DNA from: an uncultured Armatimonadetes bacterium | GTDB lineage: Bacteria > Armatimonadota > Hebobacteria > Hebobacterales > Hebobacteraceae | Direction of reading: 5' to 3' | Assembly (NCBI GenBank): GCA_963716175.1 | Contig: OY970296.1 | Location: forward strand, 1,248,001 to 1,312,000 | Length of the DNA stretch: 64,000 nucleotides | Shown here: one piece after another, positions 21,819 through 30,973 of the stretch | Numbering within the stretch: position 1 is the stretch's first letter | How the letters are laid out: each line of letters opens with the position of its first letter | Translations under genes and position numbers: made by a program | The notes under the pieces: generated by a model | The model's database searches: none | Seen by the model: the letters and a program-made list of their open reading frames with translations, nothing else | What the model was told of the DNA's origin: nothing

Positions 21819-23789
21819 CTAGTCGAACGGTATGAATGGCGCGGGGATGTGCAGCAGCGCGTCCACCAGAGTGAGCACGACGGCGATGGTCATCTCCCCG
21901 AAGATCAACCCCAGGAAGAAGGGCCGGGCGCGGGCATAGCCGGAGAGGCCTCCATAGCGCACGATGATGGTCTTCACCAGCCAGGCCACCAGGATGGCGA
22001 ACCAGTAGACCACCAGAGACCAGGACCCCACCATCACGAATCCCAGCGGATGTAGGGGCCACCACCAGAACTGCCGGCGCATGAAGGCCAGGAACAGGGT
22101 GAAGCCAGCACCCAGCAAGAAGCAGATGGGGGTGGCCGGGTTGAAGCGCTCCTCGCCGCCGAGGAAGGCGGCGTGCTCCTGCCAGAAGACGCCGGCCAGC
22201 CAGGCGTAGTGGTCGTTGAGCGCCATCGCGCCCCGCCGGTAGTTCAGCCAGAGCAGGATGACGAAGCCGCAGGCGAGGGAGGCGAGGATGCCGATCCAGA
22301 GCGCGGCATGGAGTGAGCGGCGGCGCAGCCCCACGGCCTCCGCGATCTTCTGGGTGTCCATCATCCCCTGCAGGGCGAGGCCTCGCATATCCCCCGCGAA
22401 GGGCACGGTGGCGAAGATGATGGAGGTGAGATTGCCGGAGCCGAGGAGCTGGCGGCGGCCGAACATGCCGTAGACATCGAGCGGGGTGAAGATGATCTCG
22501 GTCATGAGCAGGCCGCCCTCGGCGGTGGCGCGGGTCATCACCAGAGAGATCACGAGCACGTAGATCACGACTTCCATCAGGGCCAGCCAGAAGGAGAGGC
22601 CGATGGAGGTGAACCAGAGCACGGCGGCGATCATGGTCAGGGCCAGGCCCAGGAGCGCGGCGCGGTAAGACAGCATCTCGTTGGCGCCGGCCAGCACGCG
22701 GCCCCGGCGCCGCCAGCCTTGCAGGGCGGCGACCAGCGTGGGCTTGGTGAGGTAGAGCAGGTAGCCGGCGAGCACGAAGAAGCCGCCGGCCTCGGCGCTG
22801 GCGAGATAGAGGCTGGTGTCGGCATGGGAGGGTTGGTCCAGGGTCTGGCCCAGGGTGAGCAGGAGTGCCTCGTGGCCCTTGCCCAGGAATAGGTAGAAGA
22901 ACCAGAAGCTGAACAGCAGCTCGCTGGGGAGGAGGAAGAAGAAGCCGATGGCGGCCAGGGGGAAGTAGATGTAGAAGGAGGTCATGCGGTTCAGCGGCGG
23001 GCCCACGAACAGGGAATCGTGCAAGTCCCAGCGGAGCGGGATCTGGGGCAGATTGGGGTTGATGCTGTGGGCGAGGTTGATCAGGTGGAGGATGACTGGC
23101 AGGGCGGCGCCGAGATAGAGCAGCCGATTGCGGTAGAAGGGCTCGCCGGTCTCCGCGCGCAGCATCTCGATGGGGAGCTGGGCGAGCGGGAAGCTGAGCC
23201 GCTCGTAGTCTGACCACTGCTGGCGCAGCAGAGCCGCCAGGCAGATGAAGGCGGCGAACATGAGCAGGATGATCACCAGCCAGTGGGTGAGCGGGGCCAC
23301 CCAGGGCTGCCAGGGGATGGGCTCGCCGTAGTGCAGCCCCTCGTAGAAGGCGAGGACGATGGTCTGCCTGGGCTCGCCACCGGTGTTCCAGGGGATGAGC
23401 TGCTGAGGCAGATTGGGGAAGAAGGTGGTCTGCCACTTGTTCGAGGGGTCGGCGTAGTAGTTGATGCTGGTGAGCAGGGGGAGCAGGCGCGCCGGGCCGC
23501 CCCGGGAGGAGGTCCAGGCGCTGAGCAGCATCATGGCGTAGATCACCAGCAGCTCGGGTGGGCGCAGCGCCCACCGGGGCCGGCGCCAGCGCAGCAGCCG
23601 GTTCCCCGCGATGAGGAAGACGAAGACGCCAAAGGCCACCGGGGGGAAGGTGAGGATGCCGATGGTGATGCGCTTGATCACCTGCTCGGCCCAGAGGGTG
23701 ACGAAGGAAACCAGGGCCACGCAGGCAACTCCGACTGCCACCGCCCGCGGGGTGAGTCCTCCTGATTCAGTTGATCCGTTGTGAGCCAT
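21819..23789 (-). CDS. Large polytopic membrane protein (DUF6785/DUF6784-like putative transporter)
   Basis: ELLVIY, RQQWSDYERLSFPL, WWPLHPLGF, FFLGLIFGE; many TM segments. Confidence 0.75.
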   Translation of the reverse strand: MAHNGSTESGGLTPRAVAVGVACVALVSFVTLWAEQVIKRITIGILTFPPVAFGVFVFLIAGNRLLRWRRPRWALRPPELLVIYAMMLLSAWTSSRGGPARLLPLLTSINYYADPSNKWQTTFFPNLPQQLIPWNTGGEPRQTIVLAFYEGLHYGEPIPWQPWVAPLTHWLVIILLMFAAFICLAALLRQQWSDYERLSFPLAQLPIEMLRAETGEPFYRNRLLYLGAALPVILHLINLAHSINPNLPQIPLRWDLHDSLFVGPPLNRMTSFYIYFPLAAIGFFFLLPSELLFSFWFFYLFLGKGHEALLLTLGQTLDQPSHADTSLYLASAEAGGFFVLAGYLLYLTKPTLVAALQGWRRRGRVLAGANEMLSYRAALLGLALTMIAAVLWFTSIGLSFWLALMEVVIYVLVISLVMTRATAEGGLLMTEIIFTPLDVYGMFGRRQLLGSGNLTSIIFATVPFAGDMRGLALQGMMDTQKIAEAVGLRRRSLHAALWIGILASLACGFVILLWLNYRRGAMALNDHYAWLAGVFWQEHAAFLGGEERFNPATPICFLLGAGFTLFLAFMRRQFWWWPLHPLGFVMVGSWSLVVYWFAILVAWLVKTIIVRYGGLSGYARARPFFLGLIFGEMTIAVVLTLVDALLHIPAPFIPFD

Positions 23790-24003
23790 AGGCCGCGACG
23801 CGGGAGCAGCCTCGCCCGCGCTCCCTGCTGCAACAGCAGACCTGGTTGCTCGGCCAGCTTCGCCGCGGGAGGAATGACTGCCTCTGAGCGGCGGAGGAGG
23901 AAAGGGCGCAGGCGCCGTGAGTGATGCTTGTGCGATGAGGCGGCCGCGCGCGAGCGGCCTGGTGACAGGTTTGAGACAGGGGAGAGGGGAAGAGTACCAC
24001 AGA

Positions 24004-24029
24004 GGCGGGCATGGCTATGCCCGCCCTAC
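24004..24029 (-). repeat. GTAG-REP hairpin
   Basis: ggcgggcatggctatgcccgccctac. Confidence 0.75.
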
Positions 24030-24057
24030 AGTCGAAGCGTCCGATCTGGAGGTGGTG

Positions 24058-25173
24058 ATGCAGTACCGGGTGCTGGGCAGAACAGGGTTCAAGGTCTCGG
24101 CCTTGGGGTTCGGGACCATGAGATTCAAGATGGTGGATGATCAGGTTGACCAGGAGTTGGCGATCGCAGCGCTGCACCGGGCTATGGATCTGGGGGTGAA
24201 CTATTTCGACTCCGCCGTAGGCTACTGCGGGGCGCAAAGCGAGCAGGTGCTGGGCAGAGCGCTGAAGGGCCGGCGCCGAGGGCAGGTGATCTCGACCAAG
24301 TACCCGACCTGGGACCCATATACCAAGAAGGCCGATGATTGTCGGCGCATTATCGAGCAATCGCTATCTCGTCTCGAGCTGGATTTCATTGACGTCTACC
24401 ACATGCACTCCCTGGACTGGGAAAGCGCACAGGCGGTGCTGGCGAAAGGCGGCGCGGTGGAGGCGGCGCGGCGGGCGAAGGAGGAGGGGCTGGTCAAGCA
24501 CCTGGGCTTCTCCTTCCACGACGACCCGAAGCGCATGATTGACATCATCGAGGCCGCGCCGGATTTCGAGGTGGTGACCTGCCAGTATAACCTGCTGGAC
24601 CGGGCCAACGAGGAGAGCATGGCCTATGCCCACGACCACGGGCTGGGGGTGGTGGTGATGGGCCCGGTGGCCGGGGGACGGCTCGGGTTCCCGTCGGAGC
24701 AGATCATGCGACTGGTCCCCGGCGGCACCCAGAGCAGCCCCGAGGTGGCGCTCCGGTTCGTGCTCTCCAACCCGAACGTGAGTGTCGCGATCTCGGGCAT
24801 GAACACGGTCGAGATGGTGGAGGAGAACGCAGCCACCGCCAGCCGGGAAGAGCCGCTGAGCGCAGACGAGCGCCAGCGAGTGCTGGCGATGCTGGAGGAG
24901 AACCGGCGGCTGTCCGAGCTCTACTGCACCGGCTGCGGCTACTGCATGCCCTGCCCCAATGGCGTCAACATCTCGGAGTGCTTCCGGCTGATGAACCTGC
25001 ACCGGGTCTACGGCCTCACCGAGCCCGCGCGCCGGCGCTACCGCCGGTTCGGGGAGGAGGGAAACCTGAACGCCGGGGCCTGCGTGGAGTGCGGGCAGTG
25101 CGAGCCGAAGTGCCCCCAGAAGATCCCCATCATCGAGCAGTTGAAGGAGACGCAGCGGGCGCTGGGTGAATGA
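24058..25173 (+). CDS. Aldo/keto reductase with C-terminal 4Fe-4S domain
   Basis: YRVLGRTG.KVSALGFG, FDSA..Y, CTGCGYCMPCP, CVECGQCEPKCP. Confidence 0.92.
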   Translation: MQYRVLGRTGFKVSALGFGTMRFKMVDDQVDQELAIAALHRAMDLGVNYFDSAVGYCGAQSEQVLGRALKGRRRGQVISTKYPTWDPYTKKADDCRRIIEQSLSRLELDFIDVYHMHSLDWESAQAVLAKGGAVEAARRAKEEGLVKHLGFSFHDDPKRMIDIIEAAPDFEVVTCQYNLLDRANEESMAYAHDHGLGVVVMGPVAGGRLGFPSEQIMRLVPGGTQSSPEVALRFVLSNPNVSVAISGMNTVEMVEENAATASREEPLSADERQRVLAMLEENRRLSELYCTGCGYCMPCPNGVNISECFRLMNLHRVYGLTEPARRRYRRFGEEGNLNAGACVECGQCEPKCPQKIPIIEQLKETQRALGE

Positions 25174-25870
25174 CCACCGGGGGTCCGCAGATGGCGCGGA
25201 TAGGGCAGAGAAGGCCTTGAACGCGAGCACACCACCGGCGCCAGGAGAGCGCGCGGCGCGAGCGCCCCGTTCTCTCTGGCTGTGGCTGGCGGCGGCCTGC
25301 GGACTGGCCGTCGCCTTTGCCATGGACGGGCCGGTGATGAGTCTCGTCCAGCCGCTGCGCGACTCCTCTCTTTCCCACGTGCTGCTGCACACGGTGCGGT
25401 GGCTGGGCATCGGGTATGTGCAGGCCGGAGTGCTGCTGCTCGTCATCGCGCTGGGAGCAGTGCTGCGACATCGCGCGGCGGCCGCGGGGGCCTGGGCGCT
25501 GCTGGCGCTGGCCATCTCGGGCTTGGCGGCCAACGTGCTGAAGGTGTTGATCCATCGCCCTCGGCCCTGGGTGTTGGTGCCGCCGCCCGAGAGCTGGGCT
25601 GGCTATCTGCGCCTGCACCAGCTCCAGTCCTTCCCCTCTGGGGAGGCCACCACCTCGTTCGCCATCGCCTTCGTGCTGGGGAGCGAGTTCGCGACGCTGC
25701 GAGCACCTCTGCTCCTGGCCGCCTGTGCGGTGGCGGCGGCGCGGGTAGTGGTGGGGAACCACTACCCCTCCGACGTGTGGGGCGGCGCCATGCTGGGGAC
25801 GGCGCTGGCGCAATGGCTATCACACCTGGCGCGGAGTCGCGCTCGCCGAGGGACCGGGGCCGGCGCGTAG
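25166..25870 (+). CDS. PAP2 family membrane phosphatase
   Basis: K.LIHRPRP, SFPSG, ARVVVGNHYPSDV. Confidence 0.85.
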   Translation: MNDHRGSADGADRAEKALNASTPPAPGERAARAPRSLWLWLAAACGLAVAFAMDGPVMSLVQPLRDSSLSHVLLHTVRWLGIGYVQAGVLLLVIALGAVLRHRAAAAGAWALLALAISGLAANVLKVLIHRPRPWVLVPPPESWAGYLRLHQLQSFPSGEATTSFAIAFVLGSEFATLRAPLLLAACAVAAARVVVGNHYPSDVWGGAMLGTALAQWLSHLARSRARRGTGAGA

Positions 25871-25883
25871 AAGGAAGCACGGC

Positions 25884-27581
25884 GTGATAGCAAGTGGACT
25901 GCGCCGGGCGCTCCCATTCCTGCTGCTGACCGCGGGCACGGCTGCCCTGTTCCTCGGGGGGCTGGGCCGGCTTCCCCTCTTCGGGCGGGACGAGGCCCTC
26001 TACGCCGAGGCGGGGCGGGAGATGCTCGCCACCGGAGATTGGGTTACACCCCGGGTCAACGGCGGCCCCTTCTTCGAGAAGCCCCCGCTCTACTACTGGG
26101 CAGCCGCGGCCAGCTACCGCGCCTCCGGGGTGTCTCCGCTTTCCGCTCGTCTTCCCTCCGCGTTGATGGCGATAGCGACGGTGCTGTTGACCGCCCGCAT
26201 CGGGGCCCGGGTGTGGGGAAGGCGAGCCGGCCTGCTGGCCGGGATCGCGCTGGCAACCTCGCTGCAATTCGCGTTGATCGGCCGCCTGGGGATCATGGAT
26301 GCGCCTCTGACCTGCCTGACCGTGCTGGCGCTGCTGGCCTATGAGCGCTGGCAGCGGATGGGCGGATGGGGCGCGCTGGCTGGATTCGGCGTCACGGTCG
26401 GGCTTGCGATCTTGCTGAAAGGGGCGGCCGGGCTCATCCCCTGGGGTGTGGCCGTGGTGGATGCGCTGATCAGGATGGCGCGGCGAGAGCGCATCGGCCA
26501 CACGCCGCTGGCGCTGGTCGGGTCGGCCGTCATCGCGGGCCTGGCCTCGGCCGCGGTGGCCGCGCCCTGGTTTCTGGCGATGACCGCGCGCCATGGCTCG
26601 GCCTTCGGTGCGACATTCTTCGTGCACGAGCACCTGAGGCGAGTTGCCCAGGCCATGCAGGGGCACGGTGGGCCATTCTGGATCTACTTGCCGATGATCG
26701 CCCTCGGCTTCTTCCCCTGGGTGATCTTCCTGCCGGCCGGCCTGCTCCGCCCGCCCCGGGCAGAGGCGGCCGCGTGCTGGCGCGTGCTCTGCCTGGTCTG
26801 GATCGCCTGCGTCCTGGTGGTCTTCTCGGCCGTCCGCACCAAGCTGCCAGGGTACATCACGCCGCTCTTTCCGCCCACGGCGCTGCTGGTCGGGGCTGAA
26901 CTGGACCGGCGCCTGGCCCAGCCGGGCCGGGGGCCTTGGGTCGCGCTGATCCTGGGCGCGGCCCTGCTTGGCGCGCTGGTGACCAGGTTGCCGGTGGCAG
27001 CTTCGCGGCTGGGCGAGAGGGTCGGTGCCGCGCAGCAGGGGGCGCTGTTGTTCTGGCCGGTGTTCATCTGGGTGGCGGGTTATGTCATCATCGCGGTGGG
27101 AGCATGGGCGGCACTGCGGGGCCGGCCGGGGCGCGGACTGCCCGTGATAATGGCAGGCCAGGCCGCGACGCTGGGCGCGGTGCTGATCGGTATACTGCCA
27201 TTGCTGTCGCCCTATCTCGGCGGAGGGAGCGCGCGGCTGGCCTCGCTGGCAGCGCGAGAGCTACCCCGGAGCGCCCTCGTGCTCTATGAGACTCGCCCCG
27301 AGACGGTGAACTTCGCACTCCAGCGAACCGTGCCCACCTTCGATCGCCATCAACAGGAAGCGCTGGCGGCTGCTCTGCGCGCCGGCCCTACCGCGCTGAT
27401 CGCGCCGGCGAAAGAGGCGGCGTTCTGGAAGGCCCTGCCAATTCGCCGCAGGTGGCAGGTCGGAGATCGGGTGCTGCTGGATATCCCCCCACAGGTAGGG
27501 CTGGTCCCCCTAGGCCGCTTGCAGCGGCCGGGGTGGCGGCCCCCAGGCAGGCCTGGCCACGCGACCGGCCCCAAAAGCTGA
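25884..27581 (+). CDS. ArnT/PMT-like membrane glycosyltransferase (GT-C)
   Basis: RDEALYAEAGREM..GDWVTP..FEKPPL; RTKLPGY. Confidence 0.9.
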   Translation: MIASGLRRALPFLLLTAGTAALFLGGLGRLPLFGRDEALYAEAGREMLATGDWVTPRVNGGPFFEKPPLYYWAAAASYRASGVSPLSARLPSALMAIATVLLTARIGARVWGRRAGLLAGIALATSLQFALIGRLGIMDAPLTCLTVLALLAYERWQRMGGWGALAGFGVTVGLAILLKGAAGLIPWGVAVVDALIRMARRERIGHTPLALVGSAVIAGLASAAVAAPWFLAMTARHGSAFGATFFVHEHLRRVAQAMQGHGGPFWIYLPMIALGFFPWVIFLPAGLLRPPRAEAAACWRVLCLVWIACVLVVFSAVRTKLPGYITPLFPPTALLVGAELDRRLAQPGRGPWVALILGAALLGALVTRLPVAASRLGERVGAAQQGALLFWPVFIWVAGYVIIAVGAWAALRGRPGRGLPVIMAGQAATLGAVLIGILPLLSPYLGGGSARLASLAARELPRSALVLYETRPETVNFALQRTVPTFDRHQQEALAAALRAGPTALIAPAKEAAFWKALPIRRRWQVGDRVLLDIPPQVGLVPLGRLQRPGWRPPGRPGHATGPKS

Positions 27582-27602
27582 CAAACCACAGGAGGCGAGA
27601 CC

Positions 27603-28361
27603 ATGATCTGGCACGAGTCGAGCGGTCCGGAGGTGGCGGAGTTTGCGAAGAGGTGCGAGGTGGCGCTGTTGCCGGTGGGATGCGTGGAGATGCACGGCCC
27701 CCACAACCCGACCGGTTGCGACACCTTTCGGGCGGACCGGGTGTGCCGGCTGGCCGCGGAGCTGGAGCCGTGCATGGTGCTGCCCCCGATCTTCTACAAC
27801 ATCAATGATCAGATGAAGTGCTACCCGGGCACCATCTCGATTCCGGGCAGGATGGTGACGGAGATGCACCGGGCGATCTTCGCCGAGTGCGCGCGCAATG
27901 GGTTCAAGCGCATCGTGGTGTACGTCGCCCACGGCGGAGGTGACGAGGCGGTCGTCGCCGCGCAGGCCGAGATGCTGGAGGAGGCGACCTCCGGGGCGCG
28001 GATAGACTATCAGGTCTTCCGGGTGGATTCCTGGGCGCTGCCCGGTCTGGACGAGCCGGAGGAGACGCGCCGGGTGATGGGGGGACATGGCGGCGCGAAT
28101 GAGACTTCGGAGGTATGGGAAGCGGCTCCAGGCATGGTACATGTGTCGCGGGTGGAGGGCGAAGAAGGACCCTACCTGCGGCCTGTGGCCAGCCCGGCCA
28201 GCTATCGGGTGGACTGGATCAGGAATGTGCCGAAGGGCTTTCAGGGCCGGCCGGAGCTGGCCAGCCGGGAGCGGGGTGAGAAGCTTAATCGCCGACGAGC
28301 CGAGCAGCTGGCGGAGGTGATCCGGAAGATCAAGGCCTACGATCTGAGCAGCGACCCATAG
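27603..28361 (+). CDS. Creatininase family amidohydrolase
   Basis: PVGCVEMHGPH.P.G.D, YPGTIS, HGG, HGGANETS. Confidence 0.88.
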   Translation: MIWHESSGPEVAEFAKRCEVALLPVGCVEMHGPHNPTGCDTFRADRVCRLAAELEPCMVLPPIFYNINDQMKCYPGTISIPGRMVTEMHRAIFAECARNGFKRIVVYVAHGGGDEAVVAAQAEMLEEATSGARIDYQVFRVDSWALPGLDEPEETRRVMGGHGGANETSEVWEAAPGMVHVSRVEGEEGPYLRPVASPASYRVDWIRNVPKGFQGRPELASRERGEKLNRRRAEQLAEVIRKIKAYDLSSDP

Positions 28362-28388
28362 CGGATATCGCAGACCGCTGGAACCGAG

Positions 28389-29610
28389 GTGGCGAGAGTG
28401 CACAGCGTTGATTTCGAGCAAGTGAAGGCCTGCATAGACGTGCCCAGTGAGGCCGAGCGGTTGCTCGCAAAGAGCGAGAAGGAGATCAGCTTCAGCCTCA
28501 ACCTGATCCTCTATCCCGAGGGGCTAGTGGAGACTGATGCCTATGTCGTCTATCACAACACCGCGCGGACCGGCCAAGGGGGGAGTGCGGATCTGGCCCA
28601 CGGTCACCCTAGAACACACCCGGGAGCTGGCCGAGCTGATGACCTACAAGACGGCGCTGGTGGGAGTGCCGTTCGGGGGCGGGAAGTCGGGGATCCGGCT
28701 GGATCCCGACGAGTTCCCGGTCGCAAATAAGACTGCGCTGATCAAAGAATACGTGCACATGATCAAGGAGGAGCTGATGTCCGGTGCCTATGTCCCGGCC
28801 CCGGACCTGGGCAGCACGCCCTCGGATATGGCCGTGATCTACGGGGAGACGCATATCCCCGAGTCGGTCACCGGCAAACCTCCCCGGGTGGGCGGCCTGC
28901 CCGGCCGGCGCGAGTCAACCGGGTACGGGGTGACCCACATCGCGGCTCTCTCCTGCCAGGCTTTTCTCGGGGGAGCGATCGAGGGCAAGCGGGTGGCGGT
29001 GCAGGGATTCGGCAATGTGGGGGAATGGACGTGCCGTTTCCTGCGGGACCGGGGGGCGAAGGTCGTGGCGGTATCCGACATCACCGGCGGGGTCTACTGC
29101 GACACGGGCATACCCATCGATGCGGTGTGCGAGCACGTGCGGCAGGAGGGCGGCGTGGCCGGCTGCCAGGGAGAGGCGATCACGAATGAGCAACTGCTGG
29201 CCCTGCCGGTGGACATCCTGGTGCCGGCGGCGATCGAAGGTGTGATCCACCAGGGGAATGCGCAGGCGGTGTCCGCCCGGCTGATCGTGGAAGCGGCGAA
29301 CGGACCGATCACGCCGGAGGGCGACCGGATTCTCGATGCTCGCGGCATTCCCGTCGTGCCCGACATCCTCGCCAACAGCGGCGGGGTGACCGCCTCCTAT
29401 GTGGAGTGGCGCTCGGCGAAATCGGGGGTAATGACGAAGGCGGAGGAGACCTACGCCACAGTGGCGGAGCAGCTAGAGGCGGCCTTCCACCGGGTGCGGG
29501 AGATGGCGGAAACGCGCCACGTAAGAGACCGGACGGCGGCGCAGGCGGTGGCGGTGGAGGAGCTTATCGCCACCATGCGAGATCGGGGCTGGCTTCCGGC
29601 TGAGGGGTGA
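28389..29610 (+). CDS. Glu/Leu/Phe/Val dehydrogenase (frameshift at about 28565)
   Basis: HNTA|RGPAKGGVR, MTYK, GGGKSG, PAPD, VQGFGNVG, EAANGP, PDILANSGGV. Confidence 0.9.
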
Positions 29611-30973
29611 AGCTGAAGGTGCGGTCCGGCTGCTGGGCGGCCGCCGCCAGCACTTCCACCAGTTCGGGGTCGAAGCGGGAGCCGGCGGCCTGGCGCAGCC
29701 GGGAGAGCGCCTGGGGGGAGCCAGCTAGCTCCAGGTAGGCGTCGGCTAGAGCCAGCAGCCTCGCCCCCAGCGGAATCTGGTGCTGGCGTAGCCCCTCCGG
29801 GTAGCCCAGCCCATCCCAGCGCTCGTGGTGAGCCCCCACCATCTGGGCGGCTGGCCTCAGAAAGCGAACCGGCGCCAGGATCTGAGCCCCCAGCTGGGGG
29901 TGGAGCCGCAGGGGCTCCAGCTCCCCCGAGAACAGGTCCTGGTCCCCGGGCAACAGCTCCCCGGGCACCCCCACTTTGCCAATGTCGTGCAGGTAGCCGG
30001 CATAGCGAATCTGCTCCACCTGGTCGGGGGCCAGGTCCAACACCTGCGCCATCGCCGCCGCCACCGCCGCCACCCGCTCCCCATGGCTGGCCTCCAGCGA
30101 GCGACCCTCCAGCTTCGCCTCCATCACCGCCCCCAGGGTGCGCAGGCTCTGGGCGTAGACCTGCCGCAGATGCCCCTGCAGCCGGTAGCCATAGTAGAGC
30201 AGCCCGGAAGGAATCAGCGTCACCACCCCCAGCAACAAAGCCCCCCGGGAGCTGGAAGCCCCCACCGCCTCCCCGGTCAACTGCCACCGGCTCTGATAGA
30301 GCAGAGCCAGCAGCAGCCCCACCGAAGCCAACGCCCCATCCAGAGCCAGCATGGGCCCCAGGCTGGCCCGCAGCCGCCGCCAGGTCAAAGGCCACAGCCC
30401 CGCCCCCGCCCGCCGGGGCCGCTCCAGAGCCACCGCCACCGATACCCAGCCGGTCTCCAACAGCCACAGACACACCACCGCCCCCACCACCGCCACCACA
30501 TGCACCCCCAGCTCCACCCGCCCCGGCACCCCGCCCAACTCCTGGTACACCCACCCCGCAGCCAGCAGCGACAGCACACTGTGGGCGGCATTGAAGCTGG
30601 AGCGCACCACCGGGCTCCGCCGCACCATCCCCTCCGACCACACCGCCGCCAACGCCGCCACACAGGCCGTGGGCCCCGCCCCCAGCACCAACAGCCCCGC
30701 AAAGAACACCGCAAAGCTGGCCGCCGCTCCCCCTCCCCCAGCCAGCGGCACCACCATCAGGTCCAGCACCCCAGCCAACCCAATGAACAATGCCAGCTCC
30801 CAGATCCCCAGATCCACCGCCTGCCACCGGCTCGCCGCCCACACCAGCCCCACCGCCCCCAACCCAATCACCCCCACCACGTATCCCTCCAACCACCCCC
30901 ACCCCCGCCCCACCCGCGCAGCGGCAGCCGACGGAGGTGCGAGGACGGCCTTCGACTCCCTCGGGATCATCAC
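29564..30973 (-). CDS. Membrane-anchored HD-GYP domain protein (C-terminal motifs degenerate)
   Basis: multi-TM N-terminus, LHDIGK, HHERWDGLGYP. Confidence 0.85.
   Translation of the reverse strand: MMIPRESKAVLAPPSAAAARVGRGWGWLEGYVVGVIGLGAVGLVWAASRWQAVDLGIWELALFIGLAGVLDLMVVPLAGGGGAAASFAVFFAGLLVLGAGPTACVAALAAVWSEGMVRRSPVVRSSFNAAHSVLSLLAAGWVYQELGGVPGRVELGVHVVAVVGAVVCLWLLETGWVSVAVALERPRRAGAGLWPLTWRRLRASLGPMLALDGALASVGLLLALLYQSRWQLTGEAVGASSSRGALLLGVVTLIPSGLLYYGYRLQGHLRQVYAQSLRTLGAVMEAKLEGRSLEASHGERVAAVAAAMAQVLDLAPDQVEQIRYAGYLHDIGKVGVPGELLPGDQDLFSGELEPLRLHPQLGAQILAPVRFLRPAAQMVGAHHERWDGLGYPEGLRQHQIPLGARLLALADAYLELAGSPQALSRLRQAAGSRFDPELVEVLAAAAQQPDRTFSFTPQPEASPDLAWWR

Noticed and set aside
21664-23574. 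636-aa minus-strand alternative-frame ORF
   Set aside because: Arg/Pro/Ala-rich off-frame shadow of the real membrane protein 21819-23789.
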